From positions 62,001 through 126,000 of the forward strand of contig MU058636.1 in the NCBI GenBank assembly GCA_013265495.1: a stretch of DNA of 64,000 bases, read 5' to 3'. The stretch is from Vicugna vicugna (Eukaryota). Below, piece after piece: positions 1 through 13,275 of the stretch. The position numbers and the translations under genes are program-made. The notes beneath the pieces were generated by a model. It was not told the origin of the DNA. It searched no databases and saw nothing but the letters and a program-made list of their open reading frames with translations. The number at the start of each line of letters is the position of its first letter. Position 1 is the first letter of the stretch.

Positions 1-875
1 ACCAACATGGAGGCGGGCGGGTTAAAATCATGTAAACAGGGTCTTTACATTCTTTTTTCTTTTAACTTCATTGTTCATTAAACCAGAAAATGACAGCAAC
101 TGCCAGGACTATAGTTAGGTCAGTGGGGACCAAAAAATGTCTGGTTTGACTGGTTTTTCCTTTAAAAAAAGAAGTTTTTCCCCAGAAACTGTTTCGCCCT
201 GCCAAGTCATTAAAAACTGCCAAACCCATCTGTGTGTAAAATGAAACCGAAGCAGTAGGTCAGAGGAAAAAAAGCAAGCATTTAAAGTCCCTTCCACATT
301 ATAGGACAGACAGCTTCCATAATCACGAAAGAAAAAAAATTGGACATTGATCGTGAAATGACGTGGCGGAACATCAGAAGACCTTGTTATATGGAGCTGG
401 GAAAAGACTCCAGCACAGAACAGAAGGTTCATCGGGGCAAGACACTTAAAAGTCCTGTTCATTCAAGGCCAAAGGGATGGCTTAGATCCCAAAATGCTAT
501 TAAAGAACTAGTTACACCCCACGTCCGTGGGTGACTGCTTTTAGTCACTGTCAGCACAGTGGGTTAATTTGCATGTGATTTACATACAATCTTCTGCAGG
601 CAGATTAAGGCATTCACAAGCCTGAACTTTTTATTATTTCTTCTTTCAAAGAGAAGGGTCCACTGACTAATGGTGTGAGTTTCTTTAAGCTCTGTTAGTC
701 ACAGTGGGTTCTGTCGTTTCCGCCTCCAACCACAGCTCGTGATTTCCCTGCGATTTATTTACTAATAGTCTGATCAAGGCAAGGAAGCAGGACACTCTAA
801 CCTTTAACCTTTGCGATGGTTATATAGGATGGGGTTGAGCTTGGTTCCCTAGCAGAAAGTGCCAAAGTTGTGAAG

Positions 876-1392
876 TTATAAACAACACTGTTTATGAAAA
901 CATTAGCTTGGCAAAAATTAGCTTTGAGGCAGTATTCTGTAAATGGGTCCAGATAATTCGATCAGCTCATCCTCCCTGTCTAGTCCTGCAGTCTTGCTGA
1001 AATAATCTGTTTATTCATCGATTCATTTATGCTGCGCTCCACAAATGCTTCTGGGAAGTGCGCACGTGCACCACACAGAGTAGCTGAGATGACCAAGCTG
1101 AGGAAAAAGACTTACGCCAGGAGAGATTAGAACAATTATAAACAACATTGTTTATGAAAACATTAGCTTGACAAAAATTAGCTTTGAGGCAGTATTCTGT
1201 AATGGGTCCAGATAATTCGATCAGCTCATCCTCCCTGTCTAGTCTTGCAGTCTTGCTGAAATAATCTGTTTATTCATCGATTCATTTATGCTGCGCTCCA
1301 CAAATGCTTCTGGGAAGTGCGCGCGTGCACCACACAGAGTAGCTGAGATGACCAAGCTGAGGAAAAAGACTTACGCCAGGAGAGATTAGAAC
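876..1392. repeat. Direct tandem duplication of ~258 bp (876-1133 and 1136-1392)
   Basis: The copies are identical except for 3 substitutions and a 1-bp indel that I could see. Confidence 0.97.
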
Positions 1393-2619
1393 GCAGAACG
1401 CATGCCACCCCGTGCGTTGGGAAGGACAGATCGGCCTCAGGAGAGGGAGCCCCACCAGGGCAGAGAGGAAGGCAGCGGCAGGGACACTGCCTGGGCTCCG
1501 CGCGGGGACGTGGGGCAGCCAGGAATTCCCACTGCACCTGTGAGACTCTCTTCAAAGACAAACGGACTTACAGCCTAATCTTGGTGGCACTTTGAGGTTT
1601 GTTACGTTTTTCCCTGAACTTTTCTGTGTATTGACATCTTTTGTGTTTAAGTATCAAACATGACGAAAAGGAAGTCTGAGGACAGCCTGAAGGATCTAGA
1701 ACACCGTGCCTGGGGTTCTGAGCGTGGTTCTCCAGGCGTGAATCAGCGTTCGAGCAGAGGGCAGTCTTGTCAGCGCTGTGCCCTAGGGAGGTTGTTCTAG
1801 CAGTCGCATAGAACTGGCACAGAGGACCAGGGCTAGAGGCAAAGAAATCTTAGAAGTTGTTACAAGACATGGTGCAACCTACCATACTAATCAGGAAACA
1901 CACACATATTTGTGTGAAGTAGATAAAATACTATTCTCTTGCTCTTCCCGTGACACATGCTCAGCTCCACCCCTATGCTCCGACATCACGTTCTCAAAGC
2001 TGTCCCACAGGGATTACTGGAAACCTCCCTGTCTCATTTTCCCACCAGACACAATGTTTCTTGACTCAGCTGAAGATCTTTGAGGGAGAAGACTTGGTTA
2101 CTGTAGAGAATGAATGAGAAAAATTGAGACTGGGGGCAGAGAGGGGATGAGGAGTCAAGAAACATTATTGCTGCTATTAAAAATACCCTGAGGAGAGCAA
2201 CATACAATTAAAACTGAAAGCAGGATTTGTGCAAATTACATACCAATTCACTGGTGGCCCAGCTATTTTAAGTACTGCCTGAGTTACATGTGATTAACAG
2301 TCACATGCGATCAAACCTAGGAAGGATACAACTTACCAGCCCTTGTTGCTCCTTGTCTGGGGACCAGTGCAAAGCACACTGCTCCGCTGTTCCCAGGAGT
2401 AAACGTGCCGGCACAGGAATTTGTCTGTGGTCTGCGTGTGCCCCAAACGAATGCCTCCAAGGGCAGGTTGGGAATTTCCCACGGATCAGTCGACTGATAA
2501 AGAGCACTTTACATCCTGGCTAGAGCTGTGCCAGAGCTGCCCCAGGTTTTCGCCCAAAACCCATCAGCTCCCATCTTTAGCAGCAATGTCCTTGCTCAAA
2601 ATCTGCCAACCCCACCCCC

Positions 2620-3090
2620 CCCCCCACCATGAGCAGAAGTAAAAATACATCTTTTAAGTAAAAGGGTCCAGAGATAAGAGAGGAAAATATACACACACAT
2701 GCAAAGGGAAAAACCAGATGGAACCAGATAGGACCAAGATGGTGAGCAATCTGGCTTCCAACAGACCCTGAGTCTCATTACACGTTGATGCCACTACATT
2801 AGCATGTTAAATGACACACCCACCAGCGGCCAGGACTGGACGTTATGGGCCAAAACAGGATAAAGAGGGGGTGGCACCCCAGTCCCTCGAGAAAGCCCTG
2901 CCCCCTCCCAGGTAGACGGACGCACGTGCCTCCCGGCCATTAGCCTCACTCCTCCCCCGCGTGGCTCTAAAATTGAATCCCTCTCCTGAGACAGGCAAGA
3001 AGTTGATCTGTGAACTCGGCTGCTGCTCCTCCATTCTTTGGCCACTGAATAAAGCCTGTGCTGTTCAGCCTCAGGTTCCCTCTTGTTATC
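2620..3090 (+). mobile_element. Solo ERV1-type LTR, MER41-like
   Basis: accaagatgg...ctcattac...cattagcatgttaaatgacacacccaccagcggcca resembles the MER41 core. AATAAA at ~3048; the element ends in ...ttatca. The 5' boundary is uncertain. Confidence 0.55.
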
Positions 3091-4249
3091 ACCTACTGGA
3101 AACCAAATGGAAAGCGCCAGGGCAGAGAGCCACCCCCACGCCCCCAGGACCTGAGCAGGGTGCACACGTCTTAACAGAACCGCCTGCAGGGGGTACATCC
3201 CTCCCAGCTTCTCTGCTCTCTCGCCTCAAACTCCAGGGCTGGCTACCGAGTGCTGCTCAGCGACTAAAAAGTCTCACAACTGCTCTCTCATCTACGGGCC
3301 CTCCGCACAGCCCTTAATTCAGATTCAGTCTCTTCTTCTCGGTCCCCCCGGGCTGTCTCAGACGCTGGTCATCTGCCGTCCCTCCCACACTCCGGCCCTG
3401 GCCGCGGCAGAAGGCTCCCGGCTCCCTTTGCTGAGAACACAGGAGCCCTGTTTGTGCTAAAGCAGCGCCTGTCATTCACACCTGTTGTCTGTCTTCCCTC
3501 CGTCCACCTCCTCATCTTCCTCCCTCTCTGGGGGATGTGGTCCCAGCGTGGTTCCAGCAGCCTTCAGGGCTGGGACAGGTGACCCACACCTGGCTTTTCA
3601 TCATTTGAAATCCCCCAGGCACGATGATTGGGTCAGAGATGGTCACATGGCCTGGGGCTGGCCAATCAGAACCATTCAAACCCCCGCACGGCGACCGGTC
3701 CCAGGATGAGCTGAAGATCCAGGTCTATGCAGGAGGGTGGGGCCCTCTCCTGTCTCCAGATACTTGATCCCAAGAAGATGGCAGGGCCGGTCAGCAGCTC
3801 CGAGAACTGACCTGACGGAGGGAGGTTCTGACGGCCTTGTGGGAACTCCTGGGGGCAGCCCTCCCTGCATGCCACCGCCAGGGGCTTCCCTTTCTGCTCA
3901 AGTCCATTTGAGCAGGGTTCACTGCCCTTCTTGTTGCACAAGCCTGACCGACCCAGGGCCCTCTCTGTTCCCCAAAGCAGCCCTTGCAGCTCCTCACTCA
4001 GCTCCACACACACCCCATTGCCTCCGGCGCACTGCCAGCAGGAGAGGCAGAGAAGGAGAGGGGACACCATCCACACGTCCCTGTGCCCTCTCACCCCTGT
4101 CCACTGCCATCATCGTTGGAGCACTCCCTGATCCCGACCACCTCTGCTCCTCCGCCTGCCTGGGACGGGCTTACCCATCACTCCCTCTTCCTGGTGTCTC
4201 CAGTCTCCCCTGCTCCACTGGCTCCTTACCTTCAGCATGTGAACAAGTA

Positions 4250-4322
4250 GAAGGGAGGGAGGGAGGGAGAGGTGGGGGAAGGGAGGGAGAAAAAGGAGGG
4301 AGGGAGGAGGGAAGAAAGGGAA
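4250..4322 (+). repeat. Purine-rich (GGGA/GGAA) low-complexity tract
   Basis: agaagggagggagggagggagaggtgggggaagggaggg... Confidence 0.85.
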
Positions 4323-6442
4323 GCAACTTCTTTTCTTCCTGAAGATCAATCTCTCACCCTTTCTCTTTCCTTCACTCCCCGTGTTTGCTTCAAAAACATC
4401 CTGTACTCCTGTCCTTTTTCATCAGCCTTTCACCCCCCAGCCTACCGCAGCGAGGACCCTGCCTCCACCTTCCTGAAATGGCCACGTGCAGTGACCTGAT
4501 TCCGACGTCTCTCTCCGTGGGATGGTCAAGTCTGCTGACTTACCCTCCTCAGCGCAGCCCTCCCAGCGCCCCTTCCCAGCGCTGCCTCCCGCGCTCTCCC
4601 TCCTTTAAGCCCACAGCCTTTTTTGGATTACAAAACCTATTGAAAATTTGACAAAGCCTCTGGTTTGTTTCCCTAGAAACGTGTGCTTTGCACAGCATCG
4701 GTCAAGGTTTTAGTAACAAACTGAAGAGCCTCCGCCAGCTAGTTGAATCAGGAAGGGCTTTCCTAAGAGGACAGAGAGTTCACACAAGGGGTGCGAGGGT
4801 GACACTTCTGAAACCCCAAGCCACGCACCAGAACTGCTCCGCCCCTGCCAGGGAGCCGGCTTCCAGACATAAAGCCGCCACCAAGCTGCGGGTGCAGCAT
4901 CTCTACCAGCTCCTGCAGGCACCGCACCAGGAGGGGTGGCTGCCCTGCACCCTGCTCCACTCGCCCCGGGTCACTCTGTCCCGGATCAACTCACAGGAGG
5001 TCCACGCGGCCACGGGAGGTGACCGCTTTCTCATCAAGGTCTCTCACAGCTCACCCCACTGGCAGAACCTGAGTCCCACCCAGAGTTCGAGTTTGATGGG
5101 GAAAAGTCCTGTCCCACTTTTCAACTCTGCTATAGAAACAGCTGGCCAGGGCGTGTTAGCCCATCGAGCCACTGCCGCGCCCCATGCGTGTCCACGCGGC
5201 ATCCGGAGGTAAGCCGAGAAGCGTGTGTTAAATATTAATGTTCCCAAGGGCCTCAGTCAGGACCTTCTTCTTGGTCACAAGTGTCAGATCACTACTGCAA
5301 TCACCTTGCGTAGGAGTGGGGATTCAGCGGCTCCGTCAAGAAGCTGAGAAACAGAGCCAGCTTGGTCACACAGTGTCTGTGAGCTTGGGCGTCAGGATTT
5401 GCTCACCGCTCCGCCCTGCTTCCCCGGTGTGTCCCCCGGGCAGGGTCTCCCCACAGCGGTGAGGCTGTCTCCTTGTGGGTCCCCCCCAGCTCCACAACCC
5501 CAGCAGACAAGGGGGGCCCTTTCCCAAGCAGCTTTAGCAGAAGACCGAGGGCGATGTCTCATGGGGACCAGGGAGTCAGCTGCTCCTCCTGAACCCCTCA
5601 TATGCCCAGGGGTGGCAGTGCTCTGATGAGCACGTCTGGGTGGCATACCCTGCCCCAGGCCCAGAACGTGGCCGTCTCTGCACCAACAGGTTGGACTGAC
5701 GGGTGGGTGTGGAGGGGCACCCCCAAGGAAACGGGATGTTGTTACCCAAAGGAGGGACGGAGATGCTGGGAAGGCTAATTCGAGAACCATCTGTCACGCC
5801 AGAATTCCGTCTCCTGCCTCCTGTTCCACATTCCGTCTGGACAACCTCAACTACACTTGTCATTCCCAGCACTGCCTTGACTGAGGGCCCTCTTCTCTGG
5901 GATGAATCTTACTTTGATTATTTGCATCCAGATTTCAAGTCACCAAAAGAGACGGTCCAACTGACAGGGCCTTTTGAGACGGAAGGGGGCACTGTCTTTT
6001 TCTTCCTCATCTAAGGCAGCAGCAAACAGCATCCTGAAAAGACTCACCCCCTCCCGGTCCTCTGCTGGAAGTGGGACCACTCACTGGCGGGTAATCCAGC
6101 TCACTTTATCTAAAGGGTGGGCACTGGTGCTTTTGCCCACAAAAGGGAATATTTTAAATACACGTATTTATTACTGCTTCCCCGAGATCAGAACTCTTAA
6201 TCCTTGAGATCTCCTACTGAGATAGTCAATTCATTGTTTATCTCACTTAAGGTTCAAAGGTTCAGTCTTAGTTTCAAGCGAGCAAGACCGGAGCAGTTCT
6301 GTGTGTGTTATATTTTCTCCTCCCCTGTGGCAGTCAGTCTGCTGGGACAGAGGGACGCAGGTCCGAGTGGGTGACCACCTTCACCTTAAAACCCGCTTCT
6401 TAGCACGTGCTCCTGGGACAGAGGAAAACATCAGCTGTGCCA

Positions 6443-6456
6443 GTGCCACCTGCTGG
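6443..6456 (-). promoter_or_regulatory. CTCF-like motif CCAGCAGGTGGCAC
   Basis: Close match to the CTCF core consensus on the minus strand; motif evidence only. Confidence 0.4.
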
Positions 6457-8741
6457 TGTCCACAGCGTTACTAATTACTCTCTCCACACCTGAAGTTTCC
6501 CGTCTTTAAAGGGCATTTTTATCTCCAAGTCCTGAAAACATCACAACTCAACAGACCTCAAGTTACACTCCTTTTCAACATTTGCTTTTTATTCGATATT
6601 CCCTATTTCAATTAATCACCATCTATCTTTTTACCAAATTAGAAACTTCTGAGCCATCTGTGGTCTCTGTGTCTCCTTTCAGATCCAACTGGTCACCAAG
6701 TAGTATTACTGTCTCCCAAATTGCTGCGTCTTTCCCTTCTCCTCTGCACTTGCCTTAATTAATAAGGCCCCTTTCAGGAAGTGTGGGCATCTCAGTTGAG
6801 TTTATAGCACAAGTCTGAAAACTGGCTTCTCACCCCCAGCCCGGCCCTTCTCCATCCCATCCATCACCAGAAAAGAACCAGACAGGGACCTGCCCTCAGC
6901 TCTGTCGCCCCCTCACCACGTTTCTTCTCCTTGGACCTCAGTTTCCTCGTTTATAAGTGACGGGGTTGGAGTTCAGCACCTCCAAGGCCCCTTAGCTGAA
7001 AAGTTCTGAGATTCTGGTTCCAAAAACTCCTATTCACCCAGCTCACAGGGTCGTTGTAAAAATGAGAGCACGTGCTTGAAATCTCTGCCTCACTGGGTTC
7101 TGGATCTCCAGGCAGATGATTAATTATTGTTAATTCACCCATGTCACCTCCCACAGGCACAGAAGATACAACAGATAATAGCTAACATTTATTGGGCACT
7201 TACTGTGTACTGGACGTGGCGCTCGGCTGACTGCATCCATTTTCTCTTTTATGAACTAGTACAAAAGGGGAAGTCTACCATCACTCACCAGTTCTCAGGA
7301 CATGCTCTCTGCCATCAGACGAGCCATATTTGCTGCATTGGAGGTGCAGGTGAGCAGAGAGGCAGGAAGGCAGAGCAGATGAAGCAAAAACTGCCAGGAA
7401 ACTGGACAGAGGGGGCCCACAGCCCTTCCTGGGGTGCAGCTTCCCGAAATTATGTCCTCAGGAGGCAAAATCACAGCTTCACCCGCTAAAGCCAAGGACA
7501 CGCTGCAAACATCCCAGGTTCCTCCAACACCTTTCCCCCAGTGTCCGCAGGTCCAGGACCACGGACCCCCATGCTTCTCAGCAGTTTTATCCGCCCGGAG
7601 GGGCGGGCCATGCACTAATTCTCCCTTTTGGTTTCCTTTCTCTGCTCACAGCTGTTACTTTCACATCAGGCTGTTTCTGACACCCACGTGTGTCCACCTG
7701 TCCTCACAGCCCCTCCCCTCCCCTCCTCCTACGAACCCCGTGCAGAAAATCTCGGCCTCTGGAGGGGTCAGCCTGCTCCCTCGGTCTCAGGTGGGGCTCT
7801 CTGCAGAGAGAGGGGAAGCAGGGACTCCTAGCATCCTGGAAGATGGGTGATCACAGAGGAGCAGCCTCTACGGAAGAGGAGAGCCAGGCCAGCTCGTGGT
7901 TCTGTGGTCTCCCCACCGCCCCACACCGCGGGAGCCCAGGGCACCTGTCTCACCATGGTCTGTCCCGCCTCCAGCCCGGGGTGGGGGCACTTCGTCCCCC
8001 TGCCCAGGCCCTGCGGGCCAGCCGGGGAGGCAGCTCGGCTCCGGAGCTTCGGACGCTGCGGGCAGGGCTGCTGCGGGCAGCCGCACCCAGCAGCCTGCAG
8101 ACGCGCCAGGCCCTGGCAGGGCTCGCCGGCACCTGTGACGCCCTGGCTGTTTTCTCCTACTTAACCGCGCAGGCGGCGCAGGTGGGGAGAGTGTTTCAAT
8201 AGCCGCCCACGATTTCTACGAGGGAAACACCCGTGCAGGAGCCCCGGGCCTGGCTCCTGCCAGGGAGGGGAGACCCAGGAGGACACGCGGGCGGGGGCTT
8301 ATAGAGACAGAAGCCCACGCGGCCAGGAAATGCAGATGGAGATGCTCAGGGCCCGGGCCTGCGCCCGGGCTCAGGGAGGGGCGGCTTCCTGGCGAACGTA
8401 AGCCTCAGAGCCCCCGCCGGTCAGGAGGGGGCGCTTCCCCGGAAACCACTTCCTGGTTTAATCAGATTTGCCGCCATCTGAAGGACGGCACCTAAACTCA
8501 GAGGCCCAGGCCCCCCCACTGTCCCTTGTGTCCCATGTGTCCCATGTGTGTAACGTAACACAGCGGCTCTGCTCCCTGAGTTTTCACACTGAAGATGAGT
8601 TAGACCCGCGCGTTTGCTGCGTTCCCCGCCGCCCAGCGGCTGCTGGTACTCTCCTCCAGCTGGGGCGGGAGGGGACAGAGTGATAGAAAGTGACTTTTTT
8701 CTGATATGCAACAGGGGGTCACTGAAACTAGGGGCCATGTC

Positions 8742-8867
8742 TTTTTTTAATTGTCTTTCTGGGAGAGGTAAATAGGTTTTTATTTATTTAAATGGAGGTG
8801 CTGGGGATGGAACCCAGGACCTCGTATATGCTAGGCACACGCTCTACCACCGAGCTACACCCTCCCC
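8742..8867 (-). mobile_element. tRNA-Ala-derived camelid SINE (vic-1-like)
   Basis: Reverse complement reads ggggagggtgtagctcggtggtagagcgtgtgcctagcatatacgaggtcctgggttccatccccagcacctcc, followed by an A-rich tail. Confidence 0.85.
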
Positions 8868-9984
8868 ACTCCATGGACCACATCTTGAGTTTCCTTAAAA
8901 CGTGAGTGAATCTCAGCTGAGTCAGGGGACCGCCTGACTGAGAAGAGCTGGACCTCGAGCTTTTCCTCTCACGACCCTCACAGGAAAGGACAGTGTATGC
9001 AGCTCTGTGGGTTGAAGACAAGGGATCTGGGGACAATAACATGGGACTTGGCTAAAAAAAACCCAAACATTTTCTCCATGTTACATCATATAATTATGTC
9101 AAGAAAAGTAAGCGAGGGAGTGTCAGGGAGAATATGAATGCTGACTTTCTGTAAAACTTCCCCATAAACTCTCCCGGAGCACTTGGCTGAGAAGTCTGCT
9201 CTCCTGGACGTAGCTTGTGTCTCTCAGGGTTTCAGCCTGGCCTGACTCCAGGCTGCTTTTCTAACTCGTGACAGCCGCCATCAAGGCGAGAACGTGCTCA
9301 CGCAAAGGGGTGATAAAAAATTGAGAACCACTTTGCAAACCTTTCAAACATTTATAACAGTTGAAATGAGGTTTAAAGCTTCTGAGGGCCCTGACTTTCC
9401 TTTTCTGGTGGAAGTACTTGTAATGAAAGCAAGTGGGTTTGGAGCCCAGTGGGGCTTTCTGACACAAGTGAGTCCGCCACGGGGACACTCTCATGCGGAG
9501 GACTGTCCCTCTGCTGAAAGCGCCCTCAGCCAGAAAGGACAGGAGCCCGTTAGGTGGGGGACAGACAGAGGCCCTGCCCACCCCGCCGCCCACACCCAAG
9601 CCTGGCTGCGTCCCGGGCTTGGGGCCCTGCTCCCCGCCCCTTCCCAGCACAAACTCCGCGCAGGCTCCATCCTTGGTCCATCATGTGGGCAGCAGGTGGT
9701 GGAGCTTGGTGTCCAGACTCTGGGTCACCTCGCCTGCCCTTTCCAGCACTACAGGGAGTCCCAGGTCTTCTCGTCTGTCCTCAGGCCTGTGGGTACCACG
9801 GGATAATGTGAGGACCCCCATCTCCTGCCTGAGCGACTCTCAAAAGACCCCCCAACTTAGGGTGCTGGCCAGCCACTCCAGGCCCTGCTGCTACCGAACT
9901 CAGATTCAGCTGCTCACTGCTCAAAAGCCACGTGGCTCAGAGCCCCAACCCTCTAAGCACATGGCTGATCTTTCTGGGTGACCA

Positions 9985-10148
9985 GCCCCATCCTGGGCCA
10001 CCTCATTAGCATAAACTCAGGTGTAGTTGAGAGACGCCCCCACCCCATGAACAACAAAGACATTCCTATCACCCAGAAAAGTCCAAAGGCTTAGAGGTTA
10101 TCTCCCGGGGAGCAGAAACAAAGGGCAGACAAATTCTTCATTGCACAG
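9985..10148. mobile_element. MER21-like LTR fragment
   Basis: ccacctcattagcataaactcaggtgt...aacaacaaagacattcctatcac...gacaaattcttcatt resembles a MER21 terminus (recalled). Confidence 0.55.
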
Positions 10149-11667
10149 TAATCCCCGAGCACACTGGCTTATCAGCGCACAGCTCTCAGGACCAGCTTCC
10201 CAGACAAAGCAGATATGATACAAATTTTCCCCTAAAGGAGAACAAATGAGTTGTTGGGAAGACAATTCTGGGCGAGCAGTAGGAAAGATTACTCACAGAA
10301 GAAAGAGCAAAGATGGTAGAAAGAAGGAAAGATTTAAACCAAAGTGCATGGTCTGAAAAGAAGTGATCAATTAAAAGGTGCAAGTCCGTGGAAGGGGGCA
10401 CTCAGAACATTGGAAAGGATGGGGCCAAGTAGGATTTCGCCTCTTACTGCCCTTCGAGAACCTACAGATGGAGGGTTATGACTGTCGGAAGATCCGTTCT
10501 CTCTGGAACACAATGGTGGGCTTGGACTTGCCAGTGGGCGGGCTCACCATGCAGAAGAAATTTCCCGACCCCCACTGGCTGGGCACGTACTGGTGAGTGC
10601 GGTCCCGCATCCAGCCCGGTGTGTCTGTGCAAGAGGGAGAGAACAAGACGTGGCAGGAGTCTTCTGAAGTGAGGTCCTCGGGGCGGAAGAAGGATTCAGA
10701 CACTTGTCAGAAACACACCACCATCTGGAAGTAAGCCTGAGACACAGATCTACAAGAAAGTGGTGCCTTCTGGGAGACACGGAGGTGCCAGCGCCGACAG
10801 AGGAAGGCCTCTTCAGGTCACCGCCCTGCTCCTGCCTGCCAGCCTTGGGGGCTGCTGGGCAGAGACAGACGAGAAGCAGAGGTGGCAAGCGTGCCGGCCT
10901 TCATCTCCTTCAACTGGAGGAGCTTGGAAGATAATTCCCGCGTACGTGTGACTTTGTCTCCGTGTGCAGGTCTGTACAAAAGGCACGCAGGGTCCCCACA
11001 GTCCGAGCCCTTGGCTGTGTCTGCAGGGTCTGCTCTTCTCTCAGTGTGACGTGTGGTACCTGCGGACCCACGTTTTGATAACTGCCTATCTTTCCCACAT
11101 AAATCTTTATTTCCCTGGTTAAGTGAAGAGGGAGAATGTTATCATTAAAGCCTCTGACAAACACGTCGGCGTTTCACGCGCTCTGAGACACACGTGTTAG
11201 CGTCTCTGACACGCGGTGCGCCCTCCAGTCAGCGGTGTCTCACAGCGGCCAGCGTTCTCCTGCCTTCATAATGTAGAGGGGGTGGTAGATCTCCAGCGTC
11301 TTAGGTTGGCTGAAATATGGGCAATTGCGTAAAAGAATGTTACTAGACAAATTGCTTACAGCTTGAAGAAACCCACTGTCCTGAGGAGCGTGGCTGTTCC
11401 AGACGCATAGCAGGAGGCGGGTGTCCGGATCCTAGAACCGTTAAGGCGCCTGAGACGGCCTCGGGCAGGCGAGCCCGCAGCCCTGAGGGGCGCCGCCTGC
11501 CGCTCCTTCGATCCGCAGGGTGGTGACTAGTTTTTTCATTGGAATGGTGGGAACTTGCGTGTTTATTACTTTCTGTAAGTTTGGCATATTTCATAATTTA
11601 CAAACCAACAAGCAAAAAAGGACAGCACTTTAAAAAAAATCTTAATGGGCATTTGATTTTTTTCTCC

Positions 11668-13275
11668 CTTTTTAAAATTGAAGGATCGTTGATTTACAAT
11701 GCCGCGTTATTTTCAGTGATCCAGTTATACATATATATTTATATATGCATCATCTTTTTCATTACGGGCTACTACAAGCCACTGAATATCGTGTGGATAG
11801 GATTAACAGGCTTTCCGTGGGTGAACCATATCTGCATTCCCGGCACAAACGCAGTGTGGTCACGGTGAGGATTGCTTCCACGGACTACTAGGTTCCGGTT
11901 TCCTAACAGCTTGTACAGAGACGTTGAATTCCACGGTAGAGAGATGGCTGTAGTCCCCTCTCCTGCCAATTTCAGACGATGCCTGAGGAATGTTGCCCTC
12001 CTTCCAAGAAAGAGATGGCGTTAGACTAAGTCACCCGATGACAAGACGTTTGGTGGAACATCGTTCTGCCATTTGGTTTAATGTTTTGCTTTGTTTGGAA
12101 AAAGAGGGAGGGTTTTAACTGCCAATTCAATGTCCCTGTGGGTTCACGACTCCCTGGGTTATCTGTTTCTTATGTCAAGTCACTTTTGGCAGTTTTTATT
12201 TTTGGAATTTGTATATTTTGTCTAAATTTTAAAACTTATTGGCATAACTTTTACAGCATCCTTTATCTTTTGATCTCTGCTGCAGCTGTAGCTGGACCAT
12301 CTTCCCATTCTGAAGGTTTCTTGTATGTCTCTATATTTTGCTTTTTTTAAATTGAAGTATAGTTGATTTACTGTGTTGTCAGTCTCTGATGTACAGCACA
12401 GTGATTCAGTTATACACACATTATATATATTCTTTTTCATATCTTTTTCATTATACGTTACTACAACATATTAAACATAGTTCCCTGTGCTCTGCAGTAG
12501 GACCTTGTGGTTTCTCTATTTTTCCTTAATAAATATTACTGGACTAGGGGTGGGAGACATAGGTCAGTGGTGGAGCATGTGCTTGGCATGCTCGAGGCCC
12601 CGGGTTCAATCCCCAGTGCCACTGTTAAGGGAAAAGATAAAAGACAAAACAAAACAAAACAAAAAAACACCAAAAAAAGAAATTAAAAAAATAAATATTA
12701 CTGCATATTTTTCAAAAATACCGATGTTAATCTTTGTTAGTCCACTTTGGAGTATCTCTGGTTTCCATCTCATTACTCCTGACTTATACTTTCTGTGGGT
12801 TTATTGTTACTCTTTTTCTAATTTCTTATAATTGATTAAAATGGATTCTCAACTCATTAATCTTCAGTCTTTTTTCCTCTAATCTAAGCATTTGGCTGTA
12901 AATTCTCTCTAAGGAACCATTAGCCCTATTTCATGTTTTAACATACAATGTTTTCATAATTATGTACTTTTAATTGTTTCTAGTATTTATACACATTTCT
13001 TCGATCCGGACGTCACTGAAAGGTTCGTTTAAAACAATCTCCAAATGCATGCAATGGTTTTGGTTATCTTTCTCCTGCTAATTTCTAGCATAGTTGGATT
13101 GTAGGAAGAGAACATGTTCTGCATGGAGCTGATGGTTTGAAATGTGTGGAGACTTAGTTCATGGCCTAAGATGCAGTCAGGGATTCATCTGTACTTGAAA
13201 AGAATGTGGATTCTCCAATCGTTTGGTCCAGGGTTATGTATGTGTCCAAATGTGTTGCTCAAAGCTTTCTCTGTA
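11668..13275 (-). mobile_element. Nested L1 cluster: old L1M fragments plus younger L1 3'-end inserts (11668-11790, 12342-12520)
   Basis: The L1 3'-end signature aaattgaagtatagttgatttac... occurs twice. Old L1 remnants include gaaccatatctgcattcccgg and gtacttgaaaagaatgtg. Confidence 0.75.
12542..12689 (+). mobile_element. vic-1-like SINE with 14-bp target-site duplication
   Basis: A/B-box tRNA head (ggtcagtggtggagc...gggttcaatcccc) and an A-rich tail. TSD aataaatattactg at 12528-12541 and 12690-12703. Confidence 0.88.

Noticed and set aside
876..1392. CRISPR-like or prokaryotic defence/mobile system
   Set aside because: This is mammalian DNA. There are only two long copies without spacers, and no cas, transposase or operon-like genes anywhere in the window.
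10378..10600. ORF ending MQKKFPDPHWLGTYW next to a plus-strand donor-like G|GTGAGT
   Set aside because: No recognisable homology, no clear acceptor, and no partner exon.
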